Positions 19,007 to 29,551 of a DNA stretch of 64,000 nt are shown here, one piece after another. The notes under the pieces were generated by a model. It saw only the letters and a list, made by a program, of their open reading frames with translations. It ran no database searches and was not told where the DNA came from. The translations under genes were made by a program, and so were the position numbers. Source of the stretch: an uncultured bacterium (GTDB lineage: Bacteria > Oederibacteriota > JAAXVQ01 > JAUVAV01); contig CAVQBK010000001.1 of the NCBI GenBank assembly GCA_963710755.1, positions 224,001 to 288,000 on the forward strand. Reading direction: 5' to 3'. Each line of letters starts with the position of its first letter. Positions within the stretch are counted from its first letter, which is position 1.

Positions 19007-20341
19007 ATGAAACAGTTTTACATTCATACTATTGGATGCCAAATGAATGAATACGATTCCGACCGGCTGGCCCAAGAGCTTTATGCCCAAGGTTGGATGC
19101 AAGCTTTCTCGCCTGAGGATGCCGATTTACTGCTACTCAACACTTGTACAGTACGACAGCTGGCGGAACACAAAGCCCTAAGCATGATTGGCCGTTGGAA
19201 CAAGCTGAAACAGGAGCATCCTGCGATAAAGATCGGCATGGCCGGATGTTTGGCCCAACATATGGGCTCTCAGGCATTTAAAAAAGTCCCTGGGTTGGAT
19301 TTTATCGTTGGGCCCCGCGCGCTTACCACCTTACCGGCTGTTATTGCCCAGACCAGGTCCGGTGAAAAAGGCATCAGCCTTGGAGTGGAAAACTTTGGTG
19401 AAGGCGGCGGCTCGGTGACGTCTTCTCCGGCGGTGACCGCCTATGTGGCCGTCATGGAAGGCTGTGATCAATATTGCACTTATTGCGCGGTACCGCACGC
19501 CCGGGGGCGTGAGGTATCCCGCCCTGCGGAAGCCATCGTTACCGAGGTCAAGCGTCGTATACAGCAAGGCCATAAGGAAATTATCCTATTGGGTCAAAAT
19601 ATTACCCGTTATGGTCGGGATTTACCGTCGCCCATGACCCTGGCCGCCTTGCTGCAGCGCCTGGCCCGTATTGAAGGCCTGAAACGGCTGCGCTTTTTGA
19701 CCGGCCATCCCCAGGCCTTTGACCAAGACCTGATTGATGCCATGACGGCCTTAAAGGTGGTTTGTCCCTCGCTTCATCTACCGCTGCAAGCCGGCTCAGA
19801 CAGGATACTAAAAGCCATGAACCGTGGTTACACCATGGATCAATACCTGGAGCTGGTGGCGCGCATCCGTGCATCGCTTCCGGAGATAGCGTTGTCGACA
19901 GATCTCATTGTAGGCTTTCCCGGGGAAGAGGAAGCGGACTTCGAACAAACCTTGCAGGCTGTGGACACCATAGGGTATGATATGGCTTATTGCTTCAAAT
20001 TTTCACCTCGCCAGGGAACAGCGGCAGCAGCCATGAAGCACCAAGTGCCACAAGCACTCAAGGAAGAACGGCTGCAACGGTTGTTGCAGTTGGTTAACCA
20101 ACAAGTGATGACCAGTAAGCAAAAACAACTGCACCGGGTCCTGCCGGTGCTGGTAGAGCGCATGGATGATAAGAATGGCCGCCGGTGTCAAGGCCGCAGC
20201 CATAACAATCATATTGTTTTCTTCGAAGGACCGAGCACCTTAATCGGACAGGAGGTCCTTGTGCACATAACCAAGATAGGCCATTTCTCGCTGGTTGGTG
20301 AGCTAACAGCAGAAGTTGAGGTGCCCCATGTTCTCCCCTAA
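19007..20341 (+). CDS. miaB: tRNA-2-methylthio-N6-dimethylallyladenosine synthase
   Basis: GCQMNEYDS, NTCTVR, radical SAM motif GCDQYCTYC, TDLIVGFPGE, C-terminal TRAM domain. Confidence 0.95.
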   Translation: MKQFYIHTIGCQMNEYDSDRLAQELYAQGWMQAFSPEDADLLLLNTCTVRQLAEHKALSMIGRWNKLKQEHPAIKIGMAGCLAQHMGSQAFKKVPGLDFIVGPRALTTLPAVIAQTRSGEKGISLGVENFGEGGGSVTSSPAVTAYVAVMEGCDQYCTYCAVPHARGREVSRPAEAIVTEVKRRIQQGHKEIILLGQNITRYGRDLPSPMTLAALLQRLARIEGLKRLRFLTGHPQAFDQDLIDAMTALKVVCPSLHLPLQAGSDRILKAMNRGYTMDQYLELVARIRASLPEIALSTDLIVGFPGEEEADFEQTLQAVDTIGYDMAYCFKFSPRQGTAAAAMKHQVPQALKEERLQRLLQLVNQQVMTSKQKQLHRVLPVLVERMDDKNGRRCQGRSHNNHIVFFEGPSTLIGQEVLVHITKIGHFSLVGELTAEVEVPHVLP

Positions 20342-21365
20342 GTTTTCCAAGTTACTGCAGATAGGGTTGATGCTGACCGCGGTCTCTGCCGGACCGGCAC
20401 TGGGCTGGTCTGCAGGCCCGGTTGAAGACCTGCCTTATTATCAGGCTTTGAGTTTGTACCATCAAAAGCAGTGGGAACCTGCCAAAAAAGCTTTTCAGGC
20501 TTACGCTCAACAATATCCCCAATCCAAATGGCACCTGGCTGTCCAATTGCGTCTTGCCGACATGGCGGACACGCCCGGTGATTCCATTGCCGGTTATTTG
20601 GCGGTACTTAACTCGGCCCCCCGGTCGGAATGGGCCCAGGATGCGCTGTGGGGATTAATCAGTACTTATTTTACTCTGGGTCAGTATGCCAAAGTTGTTA
20701 CCTATGAGGCACAATTGAATCCGCACAATCCTTCCCGTTTGTCCAAAGCACTAACTTTGGTCGGTGATGCCCATTTGGCTTTAAAAGAACCGGACCAAGC
20801 CAAACGAGCTTTTACCCAGGCTTTTGAAACAGCCCTTGAACCGTTGGTCAAACAAAAAGCGCTGGTGGGTATGGGAGATGCCGAAGCGGCTTTAAAAACT
20901 TATGACCGTGCCTTGACCCATTATAACCAATATTTAAAAGACTACCCTAAGGGACCGTTCTCCAGCCATGCGCTTAACCAAAAAAGTCATCTGTTGGCCC
21001 TGCAGGGTGACCAGGCCCAGGCGATGAAAACTGCCCAGCGTCTGGTGACCGATTATCCGGAAAGCGAGGAGGCGTCCAAAGCTAAGCGGCGTCTTGAACC
21101 TGCTTCCGAGCGGGATAACTTCACTGTCCAGGTCGGCGCTTTTTCAAAAAAAGCCTATGCCCAGAGCTTGGAGAAAAAATTGAGAAAACAAGGCTATAAC
21201 GCCTATCATCTTAAAGTAACCTTAAAAGACCAAACATTGATCCAGGTCAGGGTGGGGCAATACCATACCCGGGCCTTTGCTGAAGAAATCGGCGAGAAAT
21301 TAAAGCAGCAGGAAGAACTGCCTTTTGTCGTGGTTCCTTATCAAGATCCCCGCGCTGAACCGTAA
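20328..21365 (+). CDS. Exported TPR-repeat (CpoB/BamD-like) protein with C-terminal SPOR domain
   Basis: Signal peptide; TPR-like repeats ending YPQS/YPKG/YPES; SPOR FTVQVGAFS...VRVGQY. Confidence 0.85.
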   Translation: MFSPKFSKLLQIGLMLTAVSAGPALGWSAGPVEDLPYYQALSLYHQKQWEPAKKAFQAYAQQYPQSKWHLAVQLRLADMADTPGDSIAGYLAVLNSAPRSEWAQDALWGLISTYFTLGQYAKVVTYEAQLNPHNPSRLSKALTLVGDAHLALKEPDQAKRAFTQAFETALEPLVKQKALVGMGDAEAALKTYDRALTHYNQYLKDYPKGPFSSHALNQKSHLLALQGDQAQAMKTAQRLVTDYPESEEASKAKRRLEPASERDNFTVQVGAFSKKAYAQSLEKKLRKQGYNAYHLKVTLKDQTLIQVRVGQYHTRAFAEEIGEKLKQQEELPFVVVPYQDPRAEP

Positions 21366-21422
21366 TCCAACTACGTCTGGCGCGCAGCCTTATCCCTTTC
21401 ACCTTTAATGCAGGAGTTGCCC

Positions 21423-24059
21423 GTGAATTCAAAGTCCAGGGAAAAAACCACCCCCATGATGGCCCAGTACCAGCAGATCAAGGCTGAGAACAAGGATGCC
21501 TTCCTGTTCTTCCGGCTTGGCGATTTTTATGAACTGTTTGGCGACGATGCCGTGGAAGCCAGCCGGCTTTTGGAAATCACCCTCACCGCCAGGGGATCTG
21601 GGGAAGGGCGCATCAACAAGATCCCCATGTGCGGCGTGCCCTATCATGCAGCCAATCATTACATTAATAAACTCTTGAAAGCCGGCAAAAAAGTGGCCAT
21701 TGTCGAACAGGTGGAAGATCCCAAAAAAGCCAAAGGCATGGTCAAACGGGAATTAGTCAAGATCATTACACCCGGCACCAAATTATTGCCTGAGAGTCTG
21801 GAAGCCAAAGAGAATAATTATCTGACCAGCTTGGCTATGGCCGGCGGCACCTTGGGTTTGGCGGCCGCTGATCTGTCGACCGGTGAATTCCGCACCACTG
21901 AATTTAAAGGCCCGCAGGCAGAAAGCATGCTTATGACGGAGCTTAACCGGCTCAATCCCTCCGAATGTTTGGTTCCCGACGATATGGCCACCAACATAAG
22001 ACAACAGCTTACCAGAAACACCACGATTTATGTGACTACCCTGGAAGGTTACCGCTTTGACCCTGATGCCGGACGCAGCCAATTAACTGAATATTTCCAA
22101 ACACAGTCTTTGGATGGATTCGGAATCAGCCATTTTTCCAGCGGTTTGGGAGCGGCTGCAGCCTTGCTTTATTACATGACCGATACCCAGAAATGCCGGC
22201 TGGACCATATTCAAAAAATCGTGCCCTATACTGTTTATGATCAAATGGGCCTGGATGATGCCACCATCCGCAATCTGGAATTAACCGCCAACTTGCAGGA
22301 CCACACCCGCAACCATACCTTGCTTCAGATCCTGGATCACACGTTGACCGCCATGGGCGGCCGGCGGCTTCATCAATGGCTGGTCAGACCTTTGGTGGAT
22401 CTGGATAAAATCAATCATCGCCAGGCCGCCGTGGCGGAATTAGTCTCTTCCACCATCCTGCGCCAGGCGCTGGCCGACGCTTTAACCAAATGTTATGATC
22501 TGGAGCGTCTGGCCGGGCGTTTAGGCTCAGGAACCGCTCATCCCCGGGATCTGGCCGCCTTGCGTTCCACCCTGGGCCTGATCCCAACGCTCAAAGAAAT
22601 ACTCAAACCGGCTCAATCCTATCTGCTTGGCATCTTGGCTGTGAATTGCCCGGCCTGCGAAGGCATCAAATCCCTCCTGGATCAAGCGCTGGTGGACGAT
22701 CCTCCGCTTACGCTCAAAGATGGCGGTGTGATCAGGACGGGTTATCATGCCCAGGTGGATGAGCTTCGCAATTTGTCCCAAACCGGCAAGCGTTTCATCA
22801 CCGAACTGCAGCAGCAGGAAAGGGAACGTACCGGAATTGGTAACCTGAAGATTGAATTTAACAGTGTTTTTGGCTACTACATCGAGGTCACCAAGAGCAA
22901 CAGTAAAAATGTTCCTGATGATTATCAACGCAAACAGACTTTGGTCAATGCCGAACGTTACATCACCCCGGCCCTAAAGGCCTATGAAGAAAAGGTTCTT
23001 CATGCCCAGGAGAGTCTGGTAGCCCTGGAGCAGGACCTTTTTCAGCAACTCCGAACCGCACTACTCGATGATATTCAGCAATTACTTCAAGCTGCCGACC
23101 ATGTGGCCACCTGGGACGGGTGCTACGCCCTGGCGGAAGCCGCAGTGAGAAACAATTACTGCCAGCCTCAGCTCAATCAGGATGGTCCCTTGCTGATAAA
23201 AGACGGCCGCCATCCGGTGGTGGAACAACTGGTGACCGAAAAGTTCATTCCTAATGATCTGGACCTGGATCATGAACATCATTTGATTTCCGTGATTACC
23301 GGCCCAAATATGGCGGGAAAATCCACCTATTTAAGGCAGAATGCGCTCATTGTGATCATGGCTCAGATGGGGAGTTTTGTGCCTGCCCGGGAAGCGCGCC
23401 TGAGTATGATCGACCGCGTTTTTACCCGGGTGGGCGCTGCGGACAATCTGGCCGGTGGGCAGAGTACGTTTATGGTGGAAATGAATGAGACGGCCTCCAT
23501 TTTAAACAATGCCACCGAACGTTCGCTGGTGATTTTGGATGAAGTGGGGCGGGGGACCAGCACTTTTGACGGCGTTTCCATTGCCTGGGCAGTGGCGGAG
23601 TATTTGCATGACCGGGTCAAGGCCAAAACCTTATTTGCCACCCATTACTACGAACTTACGGAACTGGCGTTGTCCATGCCCAAAATTAAAAACAACAACA
23701 TTGCCGTCAAAGAATGGAAAGACGATATTATTTTTCTGAGAAAAATTATGTCCGGCAGCGCCGACCGCTCCTATGGCATTCAGGTGGCGCGTCTGGCAGG
23801 CCTGCCGGAACCGGTTTTGAAAAGAGCCAGAGAAGTGCTGACCAACCTGGAAAACGCCAATTACACGGACTCCGGCAGTTCCCGGCTGGCCGTGCACACA
23901 GCCCAAGCCAGCGATGGCGTACCCGGGCTCTTTGGAGAACCACAGCAGCACGGACCTGGACAAGCTGTGGTGGAAGCCCTGAAGAATTTACCTCTCAATG
24001 AACTTACGCCTTTGGAAGCCTTGAATCACTTGGCCAAATTAAAAACTTTGGTGGAATAG
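21423..24059 (+). CDS. mutS: DNA mismatch repair protein MutS
   Basis: TPMMAQY, FRLGDFYELF, ITGPNMAGKSTY, STFMVEM, DEVGRGT, FATHY; GTG start behind SD AGGAG (alternative ATG at 21408). Confidence 0.97.
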   Translation: MNSKSREKTTPMMAQYQQIKAENKDAFLFFRLGDFYELFGDDAVEASRLLEITLTARGSGEGRINKIPMCGVPYHAANHYINKLLKAGKKVAIVEQVEDPKKAKGMVKRELVKIITPGTKLLPESLEAKENNYLTSLAMAGGTLGLAAADLSTGEFRTTEFKGPQAESMLMTELNRLNPSECLVPDDMATNIRQQLTRNTTIYVTTLEGYRFDPDAGRSQLTEYFQTQSLDGFGISHFSSGLGAAAALLYYMTDTQKCRLDHIQKIVPYTVYDQMGLDDATIRNLELTANLQDHTRNHTLLQILDHTLTAMGGRRLHQWLVRPLVDLDKINHRQAAVAELVSSTILRQALADALTKCYDLERLAGRLGSGTAHPRDLAALRSTLGLIPTLKEILKPAQSYLLGILAVNCPACEGIKSLLDQALVDDPPLTLKDGGVIRTGYHAQVDELRNLSQTGKRFITELQQQERERTGIGNLKIEFNSVFGYYIEVTKSNSKNVPDDYQRKQTLVNAERYITPALKAYEEKVLHAQESLVALEQDLFQQLRTALLDDIQQLLQAADHVATWDGCYALAEAAVRNNYCQPQLNQDGPLLIKDGRHPVVEQLVTEKFIPNDLDLDHEHHLISVITGPNMAGKSTYLRQNALIVIMAQMGSFVPAREARLSMIDRVFTRVGAADNLAGGQSTFMVEMNETASILNNATERSLVILDEVGRGTSTFDGVSIAWAVAEYLHDRVKAKTLFATHYYELTELALSMPKIKNNNIAVKEWKDDIIFLRKIMSGSADRSYGIQVARLAGLPEPVLKRAREVLTNLENANYTDSGSSRLAVHTAQASDGVPGLFGEPQQHGPGQAVVEALKNLPLNELTPLEALNHLAKLKTLVE

Positions 24060-24063
24060 TAAC

Positions 24064-24113
24064 TTATCCATCCTGGACCTGACGGGTATGGTAAGTGTTG
24101 CCAGGATGAATAA
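24064..24113. terminator. Possible bidirectional hairpin between convergent mutS and kinase genes
   Basis: ttatccatcctgg ... ccaggatgaataa, 12/13 pairing, 24-nt loop. Confidence 0.4.
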
Positions 24114-24145
24114 TTTGTGTCCCTACAATTGATCGCTTTGTTATC

Positions 24146-26359
24146 TCACACAGGCAATATAAAGGAAACCACCGTCCCTTTTTTGGGAACGGATTTAAAT
24201 ACAACGGCCCCACCATAATTTTCAATAATACGTTTAACCACATACAAGCCCAACCCCGTACTTTCGAAGTCCGATTGGGCATTAATTCCCTTTACAAAAC
24301 TGTCAAACAGCTGATGCTGAATATCCGGAGGAATACCGGGCCCGGTGTCACTTACCGTAAATTCATAGAAATCCCCAGGGCTTTCAATACTACCCAACCC
24401 ATACTTTATCAAATCCGGACCTGTGGCCATTTTCAGGGTCAATTCCACACTATCTCTGATATTGGAAAATTTAAAGGCGTTGGAAATCAGATGATGGAGC
24501 ACCAATTTAATTTGATGACTCTCGGCGTTGATATAACGGATATTCTCCGTTTGCACATAGTTCCACAGAATATGTTTGTCATAATATTTTTGACTGATGT
24601 TCTCAAATACTTCTGTAACCAATTCATTGATATCAAAGCGCAAATGCCGGTATTTCTCCTGCCCTTTGTCAATTTTAGCAATTTCGATAATATCCAGAGC
24701 CAGGGTGTTCAACCGTTCGATATTGTTGGTTAGGATACGGTAAATGCTCTCCTTGTCTTTATCCGGGCAGGAGCGTCTCAATATGGTCGATGCGGCCGAG
24801 ATGGAGGTGAGCGGCGTGCGGATATTATGGAGCGCCATAGTAAAAAAGTTTGATTGTTCCCCGTATAAGGCCTGCATTTTTTCCAAAGCCGCTTCCAGTG
24901 TAGTCGTACGTTTGCTTATTTTACCGTTAAGATTAATATTGGCTTCCCACAGATCATGGCTGAGTTGACGCATTTGCTCATAAATATAAGCATTGGTCAG
25001 CGCCCCTAAAGCATAGGGGAGCAGCCGGTCAAACCAGGTCATCTGATAGGGCTTTAACACCAATTTGTGCCGTAGTCGGCCTATCAAAAAGACAGCGTAG
25101 ACGGTCTGGCCATGGACAATCGGAAGAATGATTTGGGCATCATAATTTACGAACAGGGCCAACAGTGCTTCTTGTTGATCGAAAGCATCCATACGGTGGT
25201 TTAATTCTTCCCAAACCAGCATGGCATTCTGACCGCGCAGGCAATCCAGTCCAATTTGTTCCTCATGGTCAAGCAACCGTCCCTGTTCTTCCTGATCCAA
25301 TAATTCATAGGTCATGGTAAATTGATCCAACAAAATCACCTTAACGTCCTGGCTTTTAATCATCTCACGACTGAGTCGGACGATCTGACCGGCGCATTTT
25401 TTGGCGATTTGGAGTTGGATAATGGAATCCAGTACCGTTCCTTGCAGGTCCAGTTGACGCTGATGACGGAGGCGGATCAAATGTTGGGGAAGCAGGTAAA
25501 TAATGAGGATGGCCGGAATAATGCCTGCCAGAACCGCCAATACATGACGAGGTACAAATTGGTGCACCGTACCGTGAATCTCCACAATCAAACCATACCA
25601 CAGTAGCAACCCGGCTATAATCGCCACCAAATAAGCCGCCAGGGATTGCAAAATAATTCTGAATGGAGAGCTTTTATAAATATAGATGGCGTAGGCCGCA
25701 AAGCCTACGGAGAACAGGATGTTGAGATACCCAAAAGGAAAGAGGGCCACGCCAAATGAAGGAAGGAAATTAACCGCTCCGCTGCCACTGAGCAAAAAGG
25801 CCACACCCAAAAGAATCATGCGTTTCCGGCGGATTTGATCAAGTTCCTGATGATAAGCCTGCCACCACATCGCGAAAGCATAACCCATGACCAGTAAAAA
25901 AAAGAGCAGATAAGCAAAACCCACCGGACCATAACGAGGATAGTTTCCGAAAGCATAATGATTCACCCCGGTAACCAACCCCCAATTCGGGTTCAAGGCG
26001 AGAACGAAAAATGCAGCAGAGAAGACCACAATAAGCCGCATGGTCCGCCGTGGAAAAACATGGTATTTTTTAAGAAAGGTGGCACTAAAATACAAAAAAG
26101 CAGTGGGAATAAACATCACGCCCAACTGATGAAGTCCGTTGAAAAGTCCATGCCAAAAGGACGTGATAGTTAGGCCCCCTAATCCAGTGCCCAATAGCCA
26201 AAGCGTTAAAGTCAGGCAAGCCCAAGCAAAAGCCGGGGCATAGAAATGGGTTTTGCGCCGCAAAAAGCTGTCCAGGGAGACAAATAACATAATCAACCCG
26301 GCCACCATGAAATGCAGACTGTAATTGGTGCCGGTCAGATTCGCCAATGCCGGCGTCAT
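24146..26359 (-). CDS. Multi-TM (HisKA_7TM-like) GAF histidine kinase-like protein
   Basis: About 9 hydrophobic helices; GAF-like region; H-box ALHNIRTP, SNAFKFS, DTGPGI, TGLGL. Confidence 0.88.
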   Translation of the reverse strand: MTPALANLTGTNYSLHFMVAGLIMLFVSLDSFLRRKTHFYAPAFAWACLTLTLWLLGTGLGGLTITSFWHGLFNGLHQLGVMFIPTAFLYFSATFLKKYHVFPRRTMRLIVVFSAAFFVLALNPNWGLVTGVNHYAFGNYPRYGPVGFAYLLFFLLVMGYAFAMWWQAYHQELDQIRRKRMILLGVAFLLSGSGAVNFLPSFGVALFPFGYLNILFSVGFAAYAIYIYKSSPFRIILQSLAAYLVAIIAGLLLWYGLIVEIHGTVHQFVPRHVLAVLAGIIPAILIIYLLPQHLIRLRHQRQLDLQGTVLDSIIQLQIAKKCAGQIVRLSREMIKSQDVKVILLDQFTMTYELLDQEEQGRLLDHEEQIGLDCLRGQNAMLVWEELNHRMDAFDQQEALLALFVNYDAQIILPIVHGQTVYAVFLIGRLRHKLVLKPYQMTWFDRLLPYALGALTNAYIYEQMRQLSHDLWEANINLNGKISKRTTTLEAALEKMQALYGEQSNFFTMALHNIRTPLTSISAASTILRRSCPDKDKESIYRILTNNIERLNTLALDIIEIAKIDKGQEKYRHLRFDINELVTEVFENISQKYYDKHILWNYVQTENIRYINAESHQIKLVLHHLISNAFKFSNIRDSVELTLKMATGPDLIKYGLGSIESPGDFYEFTVSDTGPGIPPDIQHQLFDSFVKGINAQSDFESTGLGLYVVKRIIENYGGAVVFKSVPKKGTVVSFILPV

Positions 26360-28578
26360 CAGCTCACCACCTTTTCAGTCAGGGACATGGGTATAATGAA
26401 AGAAAAAGTGGATCCGCGTGTAAGTTCGCTCTCCAGGGTTACCGCCCCGTTATGAAATTCGATGATACGTTTAACCATAAACAATCCCAGTCCGTTACCT
26501 TGGTAGCGTTTGTGGCTTTTTTCCACCTGGTGAAAACTATTGAAAATGCTTTCTTTTTCAAATTCCGGAATGCCTTCGCCCTGGTCGGAGATGACAAATT
26601 CCAAATAATAGTGAAAGCCGCCTTTTTTCTTATTAAGGCTGTTGTATTTGGCCAAAGTGGTTTGATCCGCCCAGTTTAATTTGATCTCAATCCGGCCGCC
26701 GAAGGTTGAAAATTTGCAGGCATTGGACATGAGATGCTCCAGCACCAATTTCAGGTATTGTTCGTAACCCACGACTTTGTCCATATCCCGGCAAAGGTCG
26801 AATGTCCATTCCAGCTGTTTATCACTGAAGGTCATATTGACCAGATGCTGCACTTGTTCAATCAATGCTGGGAAATCAATCAGAGAATACTGCGGGGTGT
26901 TTTTATTCTCCATTTGGGCAATAATAATGATATTGTTCAGAAGACTTTCCAAGCGATCGGTGTTTTCACTTAATATTTTTACCAACCCCTGTTTGAATTC
27001 ATCATCAAATGATTGTCCCCACAACATGGCGGAAGCGGCCTTAATACTGGTCAGTGGCGTTTTCAGATTATGGGAGGCCATGGTAAAAAAGCTTTTTTGT
27101 TCTTCATTCAAGGTGACCATACGATTCAAGGCATCTTCAAGCGCTCTGGTTTTATCTCTGATTTTTTCATGCAAATGTTCATTGATATCCCAAAGATCAC
27201 GGCTCATCTGACGGATTTGTTCGTAAAAATAAGCATTATAAAGAGCAATGGACGCCACGGGTTTCAATTTTTCCAAAAACACAATGCCTTGCCTGGGCAT
27301 AACATGGGACTGACCACTGATGACTATACAGCCCAGAAAATTATCACCGAGGACCAGAGGCATTAACACCATGGCATCCAAATAGGTGAAAAATGATTTG
27401 ACCAGGGACAGCTCCGCTTTGACTTGATCCATAAACTCCAGATCGTGAGCAGCCAGCAATCCAGGATGGGATACAAACCAATCCAAGGTACTGTAAAATG
27501 ATGAAGGCATGACCGTATTTTTATGATCTTCGAGTACCACTAATTGTGATTTTTCAATCTGTTTAATGACCAGTTTAAGGCCGTGGCCATGGGTCGCGCC
27601 CTTGATGGCCTGCAATACGTAGTCCGCCCATTTTTCCGGATATTTTAATTTGACCACTTCATTAAACAAGGAAGCGTCAGGGGGTTGCCAAAATTGATTT
27701 TGACCGTGCAATAATTTGGTCAGCCAGGGAATAGTAATTCGGGCATAGGGAATAAGAAAAAGAAAAAGAGGAAAGAACAAGAGCAGTACATGCGCATGGC
27801 TATGACGACTTAACAGGGTTAATATAAATCCAAAGAGCAGCGCTGGTAGTATCGATAGCAGCACCAAAACCATACTGTGAATCAATAGGTTTTGCAATCC
27901 CAAATACAATTTGTAAAAAGGATAATAAATAAACGACGTCACCTCTAAGATATTGATCCCCAGCATTAGCAAAATAAACAGCCATCCCCAAGGTTTGGGT
28001 GAAACGGCGGGCAGCAGCAACGCCATTCCAGTCTGAATCAGCAAAATCCACCCTATCAGTCTATAGCGCTGCCTCAGAAAAGGATCGCGGCGGGAGCGAA
28101 TAGCCTTTAGGCCAAGATAAACAGCCCATGCTACCACCGCAAGGCACCATACCGAAATCCACCATACCGGGCGCGCCAGAACCAGGGTGGGGTCATTCCT
28201 GAAAAATCGAAGAGGATCAAAAATAATCAGATCCAAATAGTACAGACTTAACAAACCGTAGGCCGTAGCCGCCCAAGGCAAGATTGGGCTCTGAAGATTG
28301 AAAAAACGTGTGGTCAGCCAACCTAGTATAAGTGGTGCCAGAACAAGAACACTATAATAAAGCTGCTGGTCCATGCGGCCAGACCCAAGGAGATTACCTG
28401 GCCAGTCTAATAGGGTAGCGGCCAACAACAGACCCCACAATAATTGCCAGACGGCAAGGGCCTTGGCATAGGGCAGCTTTCGAGCCAACGTGACGGCCAT
28501 CAATAGGATGGTGCTGCCGGCTATGAAGGCGAGACTAATGATAGTTATTATCAAGTGATAGGTGTTCAAAAGAAACAT
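26359..28578 (-). CDS. Multi-TM GAF histidine kinase-like protein, paralog of the downstream gene
   Basis: Same architecture; H-box ASHNLKTP, SNACKFS, DQGEGI, GNGLGL; stop overlaps next start (TGATG). Confidence 0.88.
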   Translation of the reverse strand: MFLLNTYHLIITIISLAFIAGSTILLMAVTLARKLPYAKALAVWQLLWGLLLAATLLDWPGNLLGSGRMDQQLYYSVLVLAPLILGWLTTRFFNLQSPILPWAATAYGLLSLYYLDLIIFDPLRFFRNDPTLVLARPVWWISVWCLAVVAWAVYLGLKAIRSRRDPFLRQRYRLIGWILLIQTGMALLLPAVSPKPWGWLFILLMLGINILEVTSFIYYPFYKLYLGLQNLLIHSMVLVLLSILPALLFGFILTLLSRHSHAHVLLLFFPLFLFLIPYARITIPWLTKLLHGQNQFWQPPDASLFNEVVKLKYPEKWADYVLQAIKGATHGHGLKLVIKQIEKSQLVVLEDHKNTVMPSSFYSTLDWFVSHPGLLAAHDLEFMDQVKAELSLVKSFFTYLDAMVLMPLVLGDNFLGCIVISGQSHVMPRQGIVFLEKLKPVASIALYNAYFYEQIRQMSRDLWDINEHLHEKIRDKTRALEDALNRMVTLNEEQKSFFTMASHNLKTPLTSIKAASAMLWGQSFDDEFKQGLVKILSENTDRLESLLNNIIIIAQMENKNTPQYSLIDFPALIEQVQHLVNMTFSDKQLEWTFDLCRDMDKVVGYEQYLKLVLEHLMSNACKFSTFGGRIEIKLNWADQTTLAKYNSLNKKKGGFHYYLEFVISDQGEGIPEFEKESIFNSFHQVEKSHKRYQGNGLGLFMVKRIIEFHNGAVTLESELTRGSTFSFIIPMSLTEKVVS

Positions 28579-28913
28579 CCTTTAATTAAGGATTCAGACA
28601 GTCTAACCCAGCTATAGTGTCGGATACTTAACAGGGGCCATTAATCTTGTTTTTTATCTCGCAGATTATGTTTTCAACCAAACCGGCAATACCGGAATAA
28701 CATTAGTTCATGAACACGTACTTTGAAATCAATACTTACTAATCATCCCCTTGGACAAGGAGGATAGGCGGAGGACATCGGTAAGACGGTATCATCTGAC
28801 GATATCAACCAGCATCTGCTAGGAAAGGCCACTTGGATCACTTCGGAAATCCCACTGGCCTTCGCCGGCGGACGCTCGGGGTGACCTCAGGGGGAGCAAA
28901 TCAAGAGGGGGAA

Positions 28914-29537
28914 ATGGGGGGCCAAATGCTTCAAATCTGTCAGTTCTGGTGTAAAAAAATCTGATCATCAAACAAGCTTATCCTATGCCGTTGAGGATAA
29001 TCATGCTTTACACAAGGCTGTAACCTTAGGAAAGCAGACTATTATCCAAACCATCAAAGATACCGAATTAAAAGGACGTGGTGGCGTAGATTAGCAACCC
29101 ATGTTAAGTGGAATTTAACTGCTAAATCTCATAAAACTAAAAAATCGTTATTTGTAATGCTGACGAAGGGGAACCAGGAGCCTTTTAAAATCGCTTATTG
29201 TTATCCGAATAGATCTCGACTATTCTCGAAGGTATGGTTATTTGTGGTTACGCCATAATAGCTAACCGTGGAATTATATATTTACGGTAATTTTATAGAA
29301 TTTTTCAGGGTGAATCCCATGGGTAATGCACGCCATGCAAAATAGGTAATGTGAAACTACTTGAAGGGGTGAATTTGCTGAAGAACGGACAATGTACAGT
29401 TAAATACCTGAGGGAGATCCAGGAGCTTGTCCATACCGTGCAGATGGCCAGTAAATTATAGCTAGGTCAAGTCCTCAGCTAATGTCTTTTTAAGTGTCAT
29501 CAAGCATTTTAAGGACTATATTTTTGGAATAAACTAA
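28914..29537 (+). pseudogene. hydB: Decayed NADH/FMN-binding hydrogenase subunit (HydB/NuoF-like)
   Basis: Manual translation gives ELKGRGG, KW, ICNADEGEPGAF*, ILEGMVICGYAI, GIIYLR*, then ESHG*CTPCKIG and ASKL*LGQ; multiple stops and frameshifts plus a large internal deletion; boundaries approximate. Confidence 0.85.
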
Positions 29538-29551
29538 TTTTCTACGACTTA

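Noticed and set aside
24064-24090. Minus-strand cccgtcaggtccagga resembling SRP RNA domain IV
   Set aside because: The required GGAAGGAAGCAGC continuation is absent; explained by the intergenic hairpin
28740-28915. GC-rich stretch with short hairpins upstream of the hydB remnant (possible hydC relic or ncRNA)
   Set aside because: No NuoE/HydC Cys motifs in the frames I translated and no recognisable RNA family
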